Below, piece by piece: positions 19,341 to 30,100 of a stretch of DNA of 64,000 nucleotides (positions within the stretch are counted from its first letter, which is position 1; the number at the start of each line of letters is the position of its first letter). The notes beneath the pieces are model-generated. The model worked only from the letters and a program-made list of their open reading frames with translations. It was not told the DNA's origin and ran no database searches. The position numbers were made by a program, and so were the translations under genes. The stretch lies in the IMG/VR virus record IMGVR_UViG_3300020048_000017, positions 96,001-160,000 of that record. One strand, given 5' to 3'. Source of the DNA: a virus.

Positions 19341-20882
19341 TTAGGTTAGAGGGGGCACGAAACCAGAAACGTTAAAATAGTCACCTTCGTTTCCATAGAT
19401 TAAATCTCCAGAAAAACAACCCAAAGAATTTTGCCCAAAACCCTCTTGAATAGAACTAAGTTTAGAGAATTTGGAAAGAGGAGTTCTCAATCTGTTCACG
19501 AAACACATTAAGTAATCATCATAAAAACCAGTTTGTAAAAATTTTTGAGAGGTGTGGAAAACTTCAATTTCATCATCAAAATGTATCTCTACAAGTTTAC
19601 CAGAAGAATTAGAGAAATTATCAGTTTGCATTACAAAATCTCCTAATTTCACAGAATAATCTATACCACTAATTAATATCGATCCATTTAAAAATAAAAT
19701 AGAGTTGCCATTGCTAGGAATCGGAATAGAACCCGATACGAGATCCCCAGACGCAATTTCTTGAATACTATACGAATGAGACAAGGAATCTAAAACTCCT
19801 ACAGCAGATAAGTTTGAACCACTTTTTATAAACAGGTTAGAAGAATAAAGGTAGTCACTTACTTTATTTTGAAGAAAACCATCATAAAAGAAAAGAGTGT
19901 CACTAAAATTTAAAGTTTCCTGACTTCTAAAGTAACCATTTACAGCGTCAAAAAATATATTTGAATTTGGCTTTATAATTGGGTTAGCTTTAAAACCTAC
20001 GCAATACAAAGACTCTACACCGGAACACGAATCATATTTAATTCCAGATTTCATGAAACCCTTCATAAAGCCAAAATCGATAACAGAGGGAGTTTCGACT
20101 AAGGTATAAGATGATGAAGGACTCCAACCCGAAACGTAGCCACTTTCATTGCAATGAGCAGAACCAAAAGCAAACCCAGAGTTTTCAACGAGGGTGATCG
20201 AGTAAGGATCTCTAAAAAAACCGCTCGATAAAACTTCTAGCTGCCTAGCGTTAAGAGCTGTTCTTAATAAAACAGCCTCATCAATATATCCACTAAAGGG
20301 TTCTAGCCCCGACACCAGAGAATTTCCTATGTTTAAATTTTCGAAATTGTTTAAATTACATGAAAAAGGGAAGGACTTACTAGAACTTTTGAGAGATAGG
20401 GATGACGGATCGTAAGAATGACAAGTAATTACATTACCTGCTTTTGTAAATCCTAATAAATTTTTATCAGAAAGTGGGAGATCGAAAGCCTCGGAATAAA
20501 GATACCCATTAGAATCTTTAGTAGTAATTAAAACATCATTTATAGAGTTAATAGAGACTACGATACCGGAACTCTTTGAAGAGTCCATTGTCGAAAAGAG
20601 AGTTTGGGGGCTATTAGAAAGTTTCTGGGACAAAAGAAACATCGACCAGTTGTTATCCCTTAGAGAGTTATAACCAGACACGGAAATACCGCCATCTTGA
20701 AAATACCCAGAACCACTATAGTCCCAAAAGTCGGGTAGATTATTAATTCCCCCTGATAGTGAAGAATTTCCAGAGTAAACCGGAACAAAATGCCCCGTTT
20801 CGGCAAAATTATAATGAAAGGCTAAGTCTCCAATACTTAGCCCCAACCTTTCATAAAAGAAGCCGAATCCATCCCTTGCCAT
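19341..20882 (-). CDS. virion protein with LamG/ConA-like domain
   Basis: WSMFLL...QTLFS...LNIGNS...FSGYIDEAVLLRTALN LamG signature; likely start MARDGF at 20882. Confidence 0.6.
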   Translation of the reverse strand: MARDGFGFFYERLGLSIGDLAFHYNFAETGHFVPVYSGNSSLSGGINNLPDFWDYSGSGYFQDGGISVSGYNSLRDNNWSMFLLSQKLSNSPQTLFSTMDSSKSSGIVVSINSINDVLITTKDSNGYLYSEAFDLPLSDKNLLGFTKAGNVITCHSYDPSSLSLKSSSKSFPFSCNLNNFENLNIGNSLVSGLEPFSGYIDEAVLLRTALNARQLEVLSSGFFRDPYSITLVENSGFAFGSAHCNESGYVSGWSPSSSYTLVETPSVIDFGFMKGFMKSGIKYDSCSGVESLYCVGFKANPIIKPNSNIFFDAVNGYFRSQETLNFSDTLFFYDGFLQNKVSDYLYSSNLFIKSGSNLSAVGVLDSLSHSYSIQEIASGDLVSGSIPIPSNGNSILFLNGSILISGIDYSVKLGDFVMQTDNFSNSSGKLVEIHFDDEIEVFHTSQKFLQTGFYDDYLMCFVNRLRTPLSKFSKLSSIQEGFGQNSLGCFSGDLIYGNEGDYFNVSGFVPPLT

Positions 20883-20903
20883 TTCCTTAAACCTTAAAAT
20901 AAG

Positions 20904-20909
20904 ATACAC
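20904..20909 (-). promoter_or_regulatory. GTGTAT motif (candidate late promoter)
   Basis: 21 nt before the ATG at 20882. Confidence 0.5.
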
Positions 20910-20935
20910 GGAAAAGCCAGTCAAACGAACTCTGA

Positions 20936-22558
20936 TTAGACGTAAAGCACCCCGCTAGGAAAAACTGAATTTATTTTAGAAGTCCAAGAGTATGAGAACG
21001 AAAAGCCCCTACCCTCATCTCCTATATTCTTTTCAAAAGACTGGCTGGTTAAAACAATGTCCTGTCCAGATACAAACCTAGAAGCCACTTGCTCAACCAT
21101 ACATTTTGTTACCACCTCTCCGGAAGCTAGAGATTCACATTTTTTGACCAAAGAGTTTCCGTTAATGGTAAATGTCGCCCTATTTAGATAATTTAAATCA
21201 TAAATAGAATAATGACCCTTGCAGATAGTCGGCCTTGCTGAATATTGAGGGATCGCCGGTTTTACGTCTATAGAATACCCAAAAGACTGTAAAGGATGAG
21301 GAGGAATTAAAGATAAGTCTAAATTCTCAAATTCCACAGATACGGTAAGTTGGCAAGAATCCTTGTTTTGAGAAACGCCGCTAGAGATAGGAGAGATTTT
21401 TAGAAACGTTCCAGAATTGTAATATTCGTTCCTTTCAGCAGCAAGTTGGTAATAGTTAAAAGAATTTGCGGCAGCTTGAAGAGCTTCCCAGCCAGCCTCG
21501 TTATTACACTTGCAATTTCCTCTCCATCCAAAATCGACTTCTATACTCGCGGTTTTAGAGGCATTTAGTTCGTCAAGATTCATCGAAAAAGAATCTTTGA
21601 AAAAGGGATTTGGTCTAGGGTCGTCATCAAAAGAATAAGTAAAATTTATAGAATTCTCCAGAGGGTCCTCTTCAATATTTACAGAAAGTTCTTTTGTGTT
21701 AAGTTCTCCGTCGAAAAGTTGAGAGTAGTGACCAGAGGTAATTTCATAAAAATCTAAAGTAGACATTCTAGACCTCAGAGCCCCGAGTTCAACATTATGA
21801 CCCCCAATTAAAGAACCTGCCAAACTTGCTTTAACGACACCTTCTTCTGAACCAGAGTCAAAACTAGAAGAGTATCTGAGAAGGCCCTCTCCGCTAAGAA
21901 CCGGATCGTAATCCCAAGTTTCAGATATAGAACACGAAGCATTAAGCCTGTCTACCGTTTGAGAAACCGTTTTTAAAACAGAATTGGAGACTCCCCCAGA
22001 AGAGATAAAATTCGGAGCAACTAAACCCTGAAGCCCAGAATGGGCCTGACAAAAATTGATAGCATTCTGAAGCGCATCCGTTTGGCTCGCGGAAGTGTTG
22101 AAACCTTTTGCAGAGACGTCATGCGAAATAGACACTATGTCATCACCTTGTTGACTAAAGGAAAAAACATTCTGAGGATCTAAGACTCCGTAGAAACCAC
22201 TGAAGAATCCACTAGGATAAGCTTCCAACTCTATAGAGAACGGAAGGAGGTAGGAGTAGTTAGACTCTTGAAAAGAGATACCTTTTATAAAGGTGACTGG
22301 TTGAGAATAAATAGTCTGCCCCTCTTCCTCAATTCGTAGTTCTTGGAAATTTTTTGAAAAACCAGATAGCAACAGGGCTTGTCTATTAAGCATTTCTCCA
22401 AAATTTGGACAGCCAGTTAAGATACCTTCTAAAGAGATACTTTCAGCGGTAGCCCATCTCTTTCCATACCTGACGAAACTCTCCTTTCTGGAAAGAAGAG
22501 GAGTGGGACATAATCCAGAAAAAATCGGAATATCTCCGTAATAAATTTCAGTTCTCAT
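20936..22558 (-). CDS. putative distal tail protein (paralogue A)
   Basis: 540 aa, repeated SHDVSAKG / SISETWDY-type strands; second gene after TMP. Confidence 0.5.
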   Translation of the reverse strand: MRTEIYYGDIPIFSGLCPTPLLSRKESFVRYGKRWATAESISLEGILTGCPNFGEMLNRQALLLSGFSKNFQELRIEEEGQTIYSQPVTFIKGISFQESNYSYLLPFSIELEAYPSGFFSGFYGVLDPQNVFSFSQQGDDIVSISHDVSAKGFNTSASQTDALQNAINFCQAHSGLQGLVAPNFISSGGVSNSVLKTVSQTVDRLNASCSISETWDYDPVLSGEGLLRYSSSFDSGSEEGVVKASLAGSLIGGHNVELGALRSRMSTLDFYEITSGHYSQLFDGELNTKELSVNIEEDPLENSINFTYSFDDDPRPNPFFKDSFSMNLDELNASKTASIEVDFGWRGNCKCNNEAGWEALQAAANSFNYYQLAAERNEYYNSGTFLKISPISSGVSQNKDSCQLTVSVEFENLDLSLIPPHPLQSFGYSIDVKPAIPQYSARPTICKGHYSIYDLNYLNRATFTINGNSLVKKCESLASGEVVTKCMVEQVASRFVSGQDIVLTSQSFEKNIGDEGRGFSFSYSWTSKINSVFPSGVLYV

Positions 22559-24180
22559 CCGATGGTTTTATCAAATAACTCTTTATGTTTAACGTAATTA
22601 TAAGACACTTTTAAATTAAACCTTTTATCGACAGATGAGAAACTATAAGACGCATCATTTATAAATCCACAACGACCAGATTCAGGTTTTTCGAGATAGT
22701 CATACCCAAGATCTAAAAAATCATTAAGCGATGGAGTCCCCGTGGAAAGTATATTTACACTTGTGGAAATCTCTGATAGAGACGAATTCCCACTTCTACA
22801 ACCCCCCACGATCTCTTCTCCAAACCCAAGAATTTTAAACGTCTGATGAAGGGCAACCCCCTCGTTAACAGATATAGAGTGTCTCACCTCGGTAAAAGGG
22901 TCGGGCACTTTGTAAGCATTATCGCAAGAATAGTCGCGAGAGTAAGAAATTTGGCCTTCTGATTCAGAATCGTTGATAGAGAATTTAATTGGAACAAATC
23001 CCGAACAACATAATTGTCCCGCACCAGAAACGATATTCGCTATTCTAGCACCAGAGTTAGTGAGCATTGACTGGTAACAGTTCTTTGCGTTAGTATACTT
23101 TTGGTTATCAGGATACGTTCTTTTACCAAGACCTTTAATCTCAACTTTTTCAGAAATAACAGCCGCGCTAGTTGAGGAATTAGAGACGTTGTGAGTAATT
23201 CTGGTAATACAACCTGTGGAAATTGAATTGTCGTTACTGTAAGTAACATCGTAATCGATCATCCCAACAAACTCGTTAAATGAAACGCTTTGATTTACTG
23301 GCGAATTTATTAGCGGGCACCCGATATCATCGACAAAATTATAGTTAGATAAGACCCCACTGCACCTTGAGAATGTCCCTACTATAGAGCCGTCATAGCC
23401 GATCAAGGCGGATGTTATTTTCGGGCGAGTCGCCGCAAGTATACTACCTTTTTCAGTAACTACGGTTGAGTTATTCTCTTTAGTAAGTGAGTGTGCATAT
23501 TTCCAGATGAAAGGATCTCCAGATTGAAAGGCGAACTTTTCAGAAAAGGTATATGCGAAATTTATCGTATCATAAGACTCTGAGTAAATTCTGTTTCCAG
23601 AGCTGTAATAGGAAGGGTAGAAAACCTCCAGATCAGAGATGTTCATTCCGTTACCGAAAATAATGTCCGCTATATTTTTTGCAGTCTGGGTAGGATTAGT
23701 CTCAACACCGCTTTCCAAGGACAAGTTAAGGCTTCGAGAGTATTCGAAAGTTTGATCGGCACCTTTGTTAAAATCCCAAGATTCGGAAAAGTTTTGAAGA
23801 AAATGAATATCTTCCGCTTGGATACCGCTTACACCAGAATAATATTCACCATATACGTTGAACAAGTCCAGCTTTTCACATACTATAAAAGAGATGGAGT
23901 ATTTCTTGTCCCTTACATCCACGCCTTGATCGTAATCTATATTAGTTATATAGCCCGACCCAAAAAGTTGACCATTAAGAAATATAGGCTCGTAGTCTTT
24001 TAAATACGAAACTTGAGAGTTTATTTGGTTAGTGATTCCCGAAACCCCAGAGAAATTTTGATAATCAGTAAGTCGCCCTTTAACTGAGTAATTTTTCTCT
24101 TTTCTATATGACAGAACGTCACCAAGACTTACTAAGTTTTGGTCAAAGGATAGAAGTTCTGCACATTCTATGGAGATCAT
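22555..24180 (-). CDS. putative distal tail protein (paralogue B)
   Basis: 541 aa, FSESWDF / TFSEKFAF-type strands; directly follows TMP (ATGA). Confidence 0.5.
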   Translation of the reverse strand: MISIECAELLSFDQNLVSLGDVLSYRKEKNYSVKGRLTDYQNFSGVSGITNQINSQVSYLKDYEPIFLNGQLFGSGYITNIDYDQGVDVRDKKYSISFIVCEKLDLFNVYGEYYSGVSGIQAEDIHFLQNFSESWDFNKGADQTFEYSRSLNLSLESGVETNPTQTAKNIADIIFGNGMNISDLEVFYPSYYSSGNRIYSESYDTINFAYTFSEKFAFQSGDPFIWKYAHSLTKENNSTVVTEKGSILAATRPKITSALIGYDGSIVGTFSRCSGVLSNYNFVDDIGCPLINSPVNQSVSFNEFVGMIDYDVTYSNDNSISTGCITRITHNVSNSSTSAAVISEKVEIKGLGKRTYPDNQKYTNAKNCYQSMLTNSGARIANIVSGAGQLCCSGFVPIKFSINDSESEGQISYSRDYSCDNAYKVPDPFTEVRHSISVNEGVALHQTFKILGFGEEIVGGCRSGNSSLSEISTSVNILSTGTPSLNDFLDLGYDYLEKPESGRCGFINDASYSFSSVDKRFNLKVSYNYVKHKELFDKTIG

Positions 24181-27100
24181 GCCGTATTAACAACCGAAGG
24201 AGCAAGTTTGTTGTTTCTGGCGAAGTTGTCGAGACCTCTTTGAAGTTGTTCTTGAAATTTAGCAAACTCAACATTAACAAGTTTTTCAACCTCTTGATTT
24301 TGACCACCATTGAAGGAAACATTAACCTCTAAAGGTCTTCCGCCATCAAGTCTTAAAGAAGTTTGAGAAGAACCTGAGGAAGACCCTTGTTTTAGTTTTT
24401 CTATTTCTTCTTTTAGTCTGTTTAATTCAGCAGGTGTCCCGTCCTTGTTTTCGATACGATTTTGTTTTAGGTAAATAGAATCCATTACCTCTCTAGGTAG
24501 AGCTGGTTTAACAGGACTATTAGAAGGCATAGGAATTAAACTCTGCCCTTCAGACATTCTAGAAAGGTTTTCGTCAATTAATTTAAGATCAGCCTCTAGC
24601 TCTTTTATTCTATTTTGAGCTTGAGGCTTTCTTAAAACCTTTCTGTCAATACTAATATACGGATTTATATCCTGCTTACCTTCACTTCTATAAAGTGCCG
24701 ATTCCTCCGGATACGTTTCAGGCATATTACGCGCCCATTCATCTATCTTCTCATTGATCTCATTTTGTCTTTCAGGAATCACAGAAGTTCTATCAACTGC
24801 CACTAAGTTCCGCTTTAGATTTTTTATTTTTGTAGACAATTTCCACGCATATTCAATGAGGGCGTTATGTTGCTCTTCAGAATACTCTATTTTTTCAGGA
24901 GCACTATTAGGGTCACTTTTAGGGTCACTTTTTTCGACCGAGGCTTTTTCGCGAGCACTTTTTTGAGCGTTAATTTCCCCCAACTGCCCATCCAGATCAT
25001 TAATTCTATTTAAAGTATTGGCGACTTTATCACCCTCCATTCCAAAGTTTTCTTTAACAACTCCAGCTCCAGAAAATGTATCAAAAGCAACAGGGTTTTT
25101 AACCGGATCGTTAAGCAAAGCATTTCTTTTCATAACTTGTTGGGCCGCCGCTTTTCCCAATTGAGTATCAGATGTTCCTCCAGCTCTTTTTTGAGCAGCT
25201 TCGTCGGCAGTATCTTGAATAATTCTACTCTTGCGTTCTCGCTCTTCTTTGGTGGCGTTTGCGTTAGCTATAATTTTATTATAAGCTTCCTTACGTTTAT
25301 CCTCTGGGGTCTTATATTGATCAAGAGGATTTGGAACAGCAGGAGTAGGAATTGTAGGAGCAGGAACCGCAGGAGCAGGAACCGCAGGAGTAGGAGCAGG
25401 AGCAGGAACCGCAGGAGCAGGAGTAGGAGCAGGAACCGCAGGAGTAGGAGCAGGAATTGTAGGGGCAGGAGCGGGAATTGTAGGGGCAGGAGTAGGAATT
25501 GTAGGAGTGGGAATTGTAGGGGCAGGAGTAGTTTTGTTACCACACTCGCACGCTTGTATTTCTTTTATTAAATCAGTTAAACGCTTATTAGAAATCTCTT
25601 TTAAGATTTTAATTATTTCTTTATTTTCATTAGAATTGTCATTACTAAATTTTTGAGTGATATTTATCAATCTCGATTCTTCAGAATGACCACCGACAGG
25701 AACGACCCCTCCAGCGGCAACTTTTGAAACTTTACCTAAGCTTTTTAAATTTTGAAGACCGCCGATTCTCTTCAACATATCTCGGTTAAAGATAGAATCC
25801 TGACCAGATCCTTGGAAATTCTCAACTAAGAATTCGTCCGTATTTGCAGTGACTCCATTTTTTAACAACACCGGAGAAGCTGAGGGCCTAGCTCCTCCTA
25901 CACCACTATTTATAAAGGATTTTTCTAATACTTTCGGCAACATTCCTCCAGCCGAAACTTTCGAGACGCTACCCATATTTTGAAGGTTTTTAAATCCGCC
26001 AATATTACGAACCATTTCTCTATTAAAGATGGCGTCTTTTTTCGACCCTCTAAAATTCCTAACCAGATATTCGTCAGTGTTAGCAACGATGCTTTCTTTT
26101 CCGCTTCCGGTGTTAACTCCATTCAGTAAAACTGGTTTGGCGGAAGACCTAGCCCCACCAACTCCTTTAGAGATTAAAGAGCTTTCCAAATCCATTGGAA
26201 GAAATCCAGATGCAAGAGACGGCGTGGCGGGGACTTGTAGTTGGGTCCGTAATGTTCTTGTTTTTTCTATTTCCCTTTCTAAAACTTTTTCAAGTGATTC
26301 AATTTCTTTCTCTAATTCTTTAATTCTTTCTGGAGAGGCTTTAGGAGCCTTTTCAATCTTCGTATTAACACCGTAACCAGTTGCTATAGATGTAGTTTCG
26401 TCACGTTCTGCTTTCGCAGCTTCGATTCTGGAAGTTAAGTTTCTTTGACTTATAATAGAATTCGACACTTTTTCTTGAACATTTTTTATCTTGACTTCTT
26501 CAAGAGCTTTTCTTCTTCCGCTGACCGAATTTTCAGACTCAATAAACTCATTTTGCAGGGCTCCGAATTTGTCATCGATTGCTTGTAAGAAATCTGCGGC
26601 ATCTTCTGTGTTTTGTCTTATTTGATCTTGAACATCTTTTTGCCCAGCTAGAGCAATCATTGCGTCAGCAGCTTCGCTTAAAGCGTTCTTTCCAGATTCT
26701 TTATCGATAACAGCTTCTCCGAAATCAGAAATTCCGCTTTCATCATTATCAGCCCTTACTCTAGAGATATTTTTCTCAGCTTCAGACTTTGATCCTTTTA
26801 AAAGATTGAAATCTAATACAGATTGTTTATCTTTTGATTTGGAAATTATGTCTCCTAGAGGATCTAGACTTATACTTTCGAGAGGGACTCCAGATTTTAA
26901 AGCATTTTCGATTTCCTGTGTGATTTTTTTGAAATCTTCCCTCTTAGAAACATCGCTTGGGGTTCCGCTTTTGAATTTTGAAAAATCATTTTGGAAAGAG
27001 GACCTAGCTTGTGTTGAAACTAAATTAGCTAAATCTTTAGCAGCAGTTTTTCCTTCAGGGAAAAGTTTAGATATTTGATCTTTTGCGTCTTTACCCAGAG

Positions 27101-30100
27101 CTTCTTTATCTCCGCCTTTTGCAAGACCCTCTTCTAATTTTGACAAAATGGTAGTCCCCGCAGAGTCTACATCTTCTCTAACAAGTCCATTAGAAATCCT
27201 TTCGAGCAAATCATTAAGCCTCGCCGAGATAAGTTTTTTAGATATCTCAAAGCCCTTTTCGTTAAAAGATTGGGTAGCCTCTTTGTCTTTAGGTTTGTCA
27301 CCTGATATAAATTCGTTAGCACTTAATCTGGCTTCGAAAAGCTTATTACCAGCCTCAAAAGGGTTACCCTTCGATACCGCGCCCAGCCCACCAAATAAGT
27401 TGGCAGTATTGGATTTTCTTATTCTTTCAAGGCTCGCAAATAGCTTCTCCCTTACTTTAGTAAGACTGTCTTCTAAATCTAAACCCGTCGAAGAAACTTG
27501 TTCTATAACTTCTGCTGTGCCAATTTGTTCTTCGTTAGAGGCATCTTCAACAACGGTCATTAAACCCTTTAAGCCTATATCCCCATTTTTAAAATCGGAA
27601 AAAAGATCGTTAATTCCCTTAACTCTTTCTTGCAATTCCTTTTGAGAAATTCTAGCTTCGCTTCCTGACTGACCAGCCTGACTTACTAGGCTTTCTTTTA
27701 AATTAAATGTTTTAGACCTAGCTTCGTTGATAGCTTCCGCTTTAGCAACAGCAGCCTCAACAAAACTATCAGCAACAGAGTTTGCTCCAGATTCGAAATT
27801 ATTGGTAGCTCTGAAAGATTTTAAAGAAAATTCTCGGTCAGCATTATTATTTAAAATTTTTGCAGAAAGGCTAACTCCTTTAGAAAAGTCTTGCAGTTTT
27901 TCTTTAGCTACAACTACAGCTTTAGCAACATCGTTTTCAGCTTCTACCCTTCTTTGGTTTATCGCTAAAGTTTTAAGATCGAGAGCTAAAGTTTCAGCAA
28001 GAATACCTTTGCTTTGACCTAACTTTTCAGACCATTCTGCAACAGTAGTCGCGGCATTATCCAGACCAAGGCCTTTCAATAGATCTTCAAAAGAACCCCC
28101 TTCTTGTAAGAATTTGTCTACGACAGGTTCAGCAGATATTGCGTTACTTGGACCAACCCCCCTGATTAGTTCGGAAATGATTTCAGAAGATGCGGAGTCG
28201 TAGCCGATACCTTTTAAATTTTCGTCCTTGCCACTAAATAATCTAGAGATTTTTGTAACTCCGTCTATCCTTTGGTCGTCCAAAGTTCTGAGCAAGGCTC
28301 CGAACTCCTTTTGAGAAACTGTTTTTCTAGAAGGATCGGAAATTTCTTCGAGAGCCTTTTGGAACTCGCTAAATTGATCTATTCCTTTGTCAGTCTCCTC
28401 TTTTGTAAACTGTCTTTCACTAATTCCAATTACTTTATTGCGAAGACCATCGTCTTTTATTTCAAATAAAGATTCTAGGGATTTAGAGGTTAACTCTTGT
28501 ATAGAAGAGGAGCTGGCCCCAGATTTAATAGCATCGTTAAGTTGATTTAAAGAAGTGATATATCCACGAACAGAATTAACCACTTCGTTAGTTGAATTTG
28601 CTTCCTCTTGAGCTTCTCTTTTTAAAGTTTCTGCCGACTTACCTACAGTAGAGTTATAGTCAACCACTCCTTTTAGGGCAATTCCCAGACCGGCAGCAGC
28701 AGCAGCGATTAAGCCGATTTGGTTAGGGAATGTAGCAAAAATTGCAGTAGCGGTAGACAGGGAGTTTGTCCAAGTTTCTATTTTTTGTTGCCCACCTTCG
28801 TCCGCCTCTTTTTTTAAAGCCTCTCCAGCTAAGGGGATTAAGAAGGACGCTCCGAAAGCTCCCATTTGACCCCTTTGTAAAGCGGCTCCGTATTTTGCAG
28901 ATCTTTGAGCTTTTAGTTCTTGGGCCTTTATTTTTTCCGATCTAAGGTCATTTCTACGATTTCTTTCTGCAATTCTGGAAGAAAGCGTGTCGTTATAACC
29001 CTGAGTGCCAAAAACTGGTCTATTAGGATCTATGTTACGAGTCTGCCTTGCAGCTTGTCTTTGTAAATCCTGATTAGTTTTAAAATCCTTACGAGCTTTT
29101 TCTAACTCCTCGGCATCGAGCTTAGCATTAATAGCATCAAGTTGTGCTTTTTTAGCTCTCTTCTTTCTCAAAACATCCTCTGGGTCATCGGGGGGTTTCG
29201 GAGGAACAGGCCCTTGCATACGACCTTCGTTAATAAGATCTTGCTCGACTTGTTTTTTAATAGCTTCGTTTTGAAGTTTTAATTCAGCCTTCTTTCTAGT
29301 CTCGTCATAAGTAAGAAGTCCCGTATTTGTAGGCGCGGCGGTTCCAGCGGCAATTTTAGCCTTAGCTCTTAAAGATTCGTTTCTCTTCTTGTCCGTTTCC
29401 TCTTGGGTAAACTTCTTAAGAAGAGCAGCTTCTTCTAGTCTAGAAGACCTTTTAGCCGTAACGGCTTTCAACCTAGCTTCGTATTCAGGTGTGCCCTTAG
29501 AGGTTAACGGTAATACCCCTCCAGACCTTTTAGATCTAGCAGCTTCGAAAGCTTTCTTAGCGGCTAATATGGGTTTTTTCTCTTCTCTGGTTCGTCTGCC
29601 AAGTTCAGTAGAAACAATTTTAGACTCTTTTGAAATTCTTTCTAAAGTTTTTGCGTTAGCTTTTTCTTTTCTAGCAAGGGTTTTAACGGTAGCGTCAAAA
29701 GTTTCTTTCTGCGCTAAGAGTTTTTCTTTTTTGGCTGGCTTAAGAGCATCTGTTTTAGTAAGATTACTTAACTCCATAAAAGAGTCTTGTTCTAATTGAT
29801 TAGAAATAATAGACGCTTTTTTTCTAGCAGAAGCCAAAATCTTTTGGTTTCGCTTTAACTCTTTCGCCATTAATTTATTAGCTTCAGAGTATTCTTTTAA
29901 ATTTTTAGCAAGCCCAATAGTTTCCTTTTCTACTTTAATAATACCTTTAGGGCCTCTTAATGGAACGTTTCCACCAGCTAAATTAGGGGTAAATCCACCA
30001 GCAGAAACTCTAGATACATCACCAAGGAATTTTAAATTTTTAAGCCCCCCAACGCTTCTTAACATGTCTTTATTAAAGACTGCGTCAGCACCAGATCCGT

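Noticed and set aside
25331-25531. CRISPR-like or DGR-like repeat array
   Set aside because: Units are contiguous, have no spacers and keep the TMP frame; no cas or RT gene is in the window.
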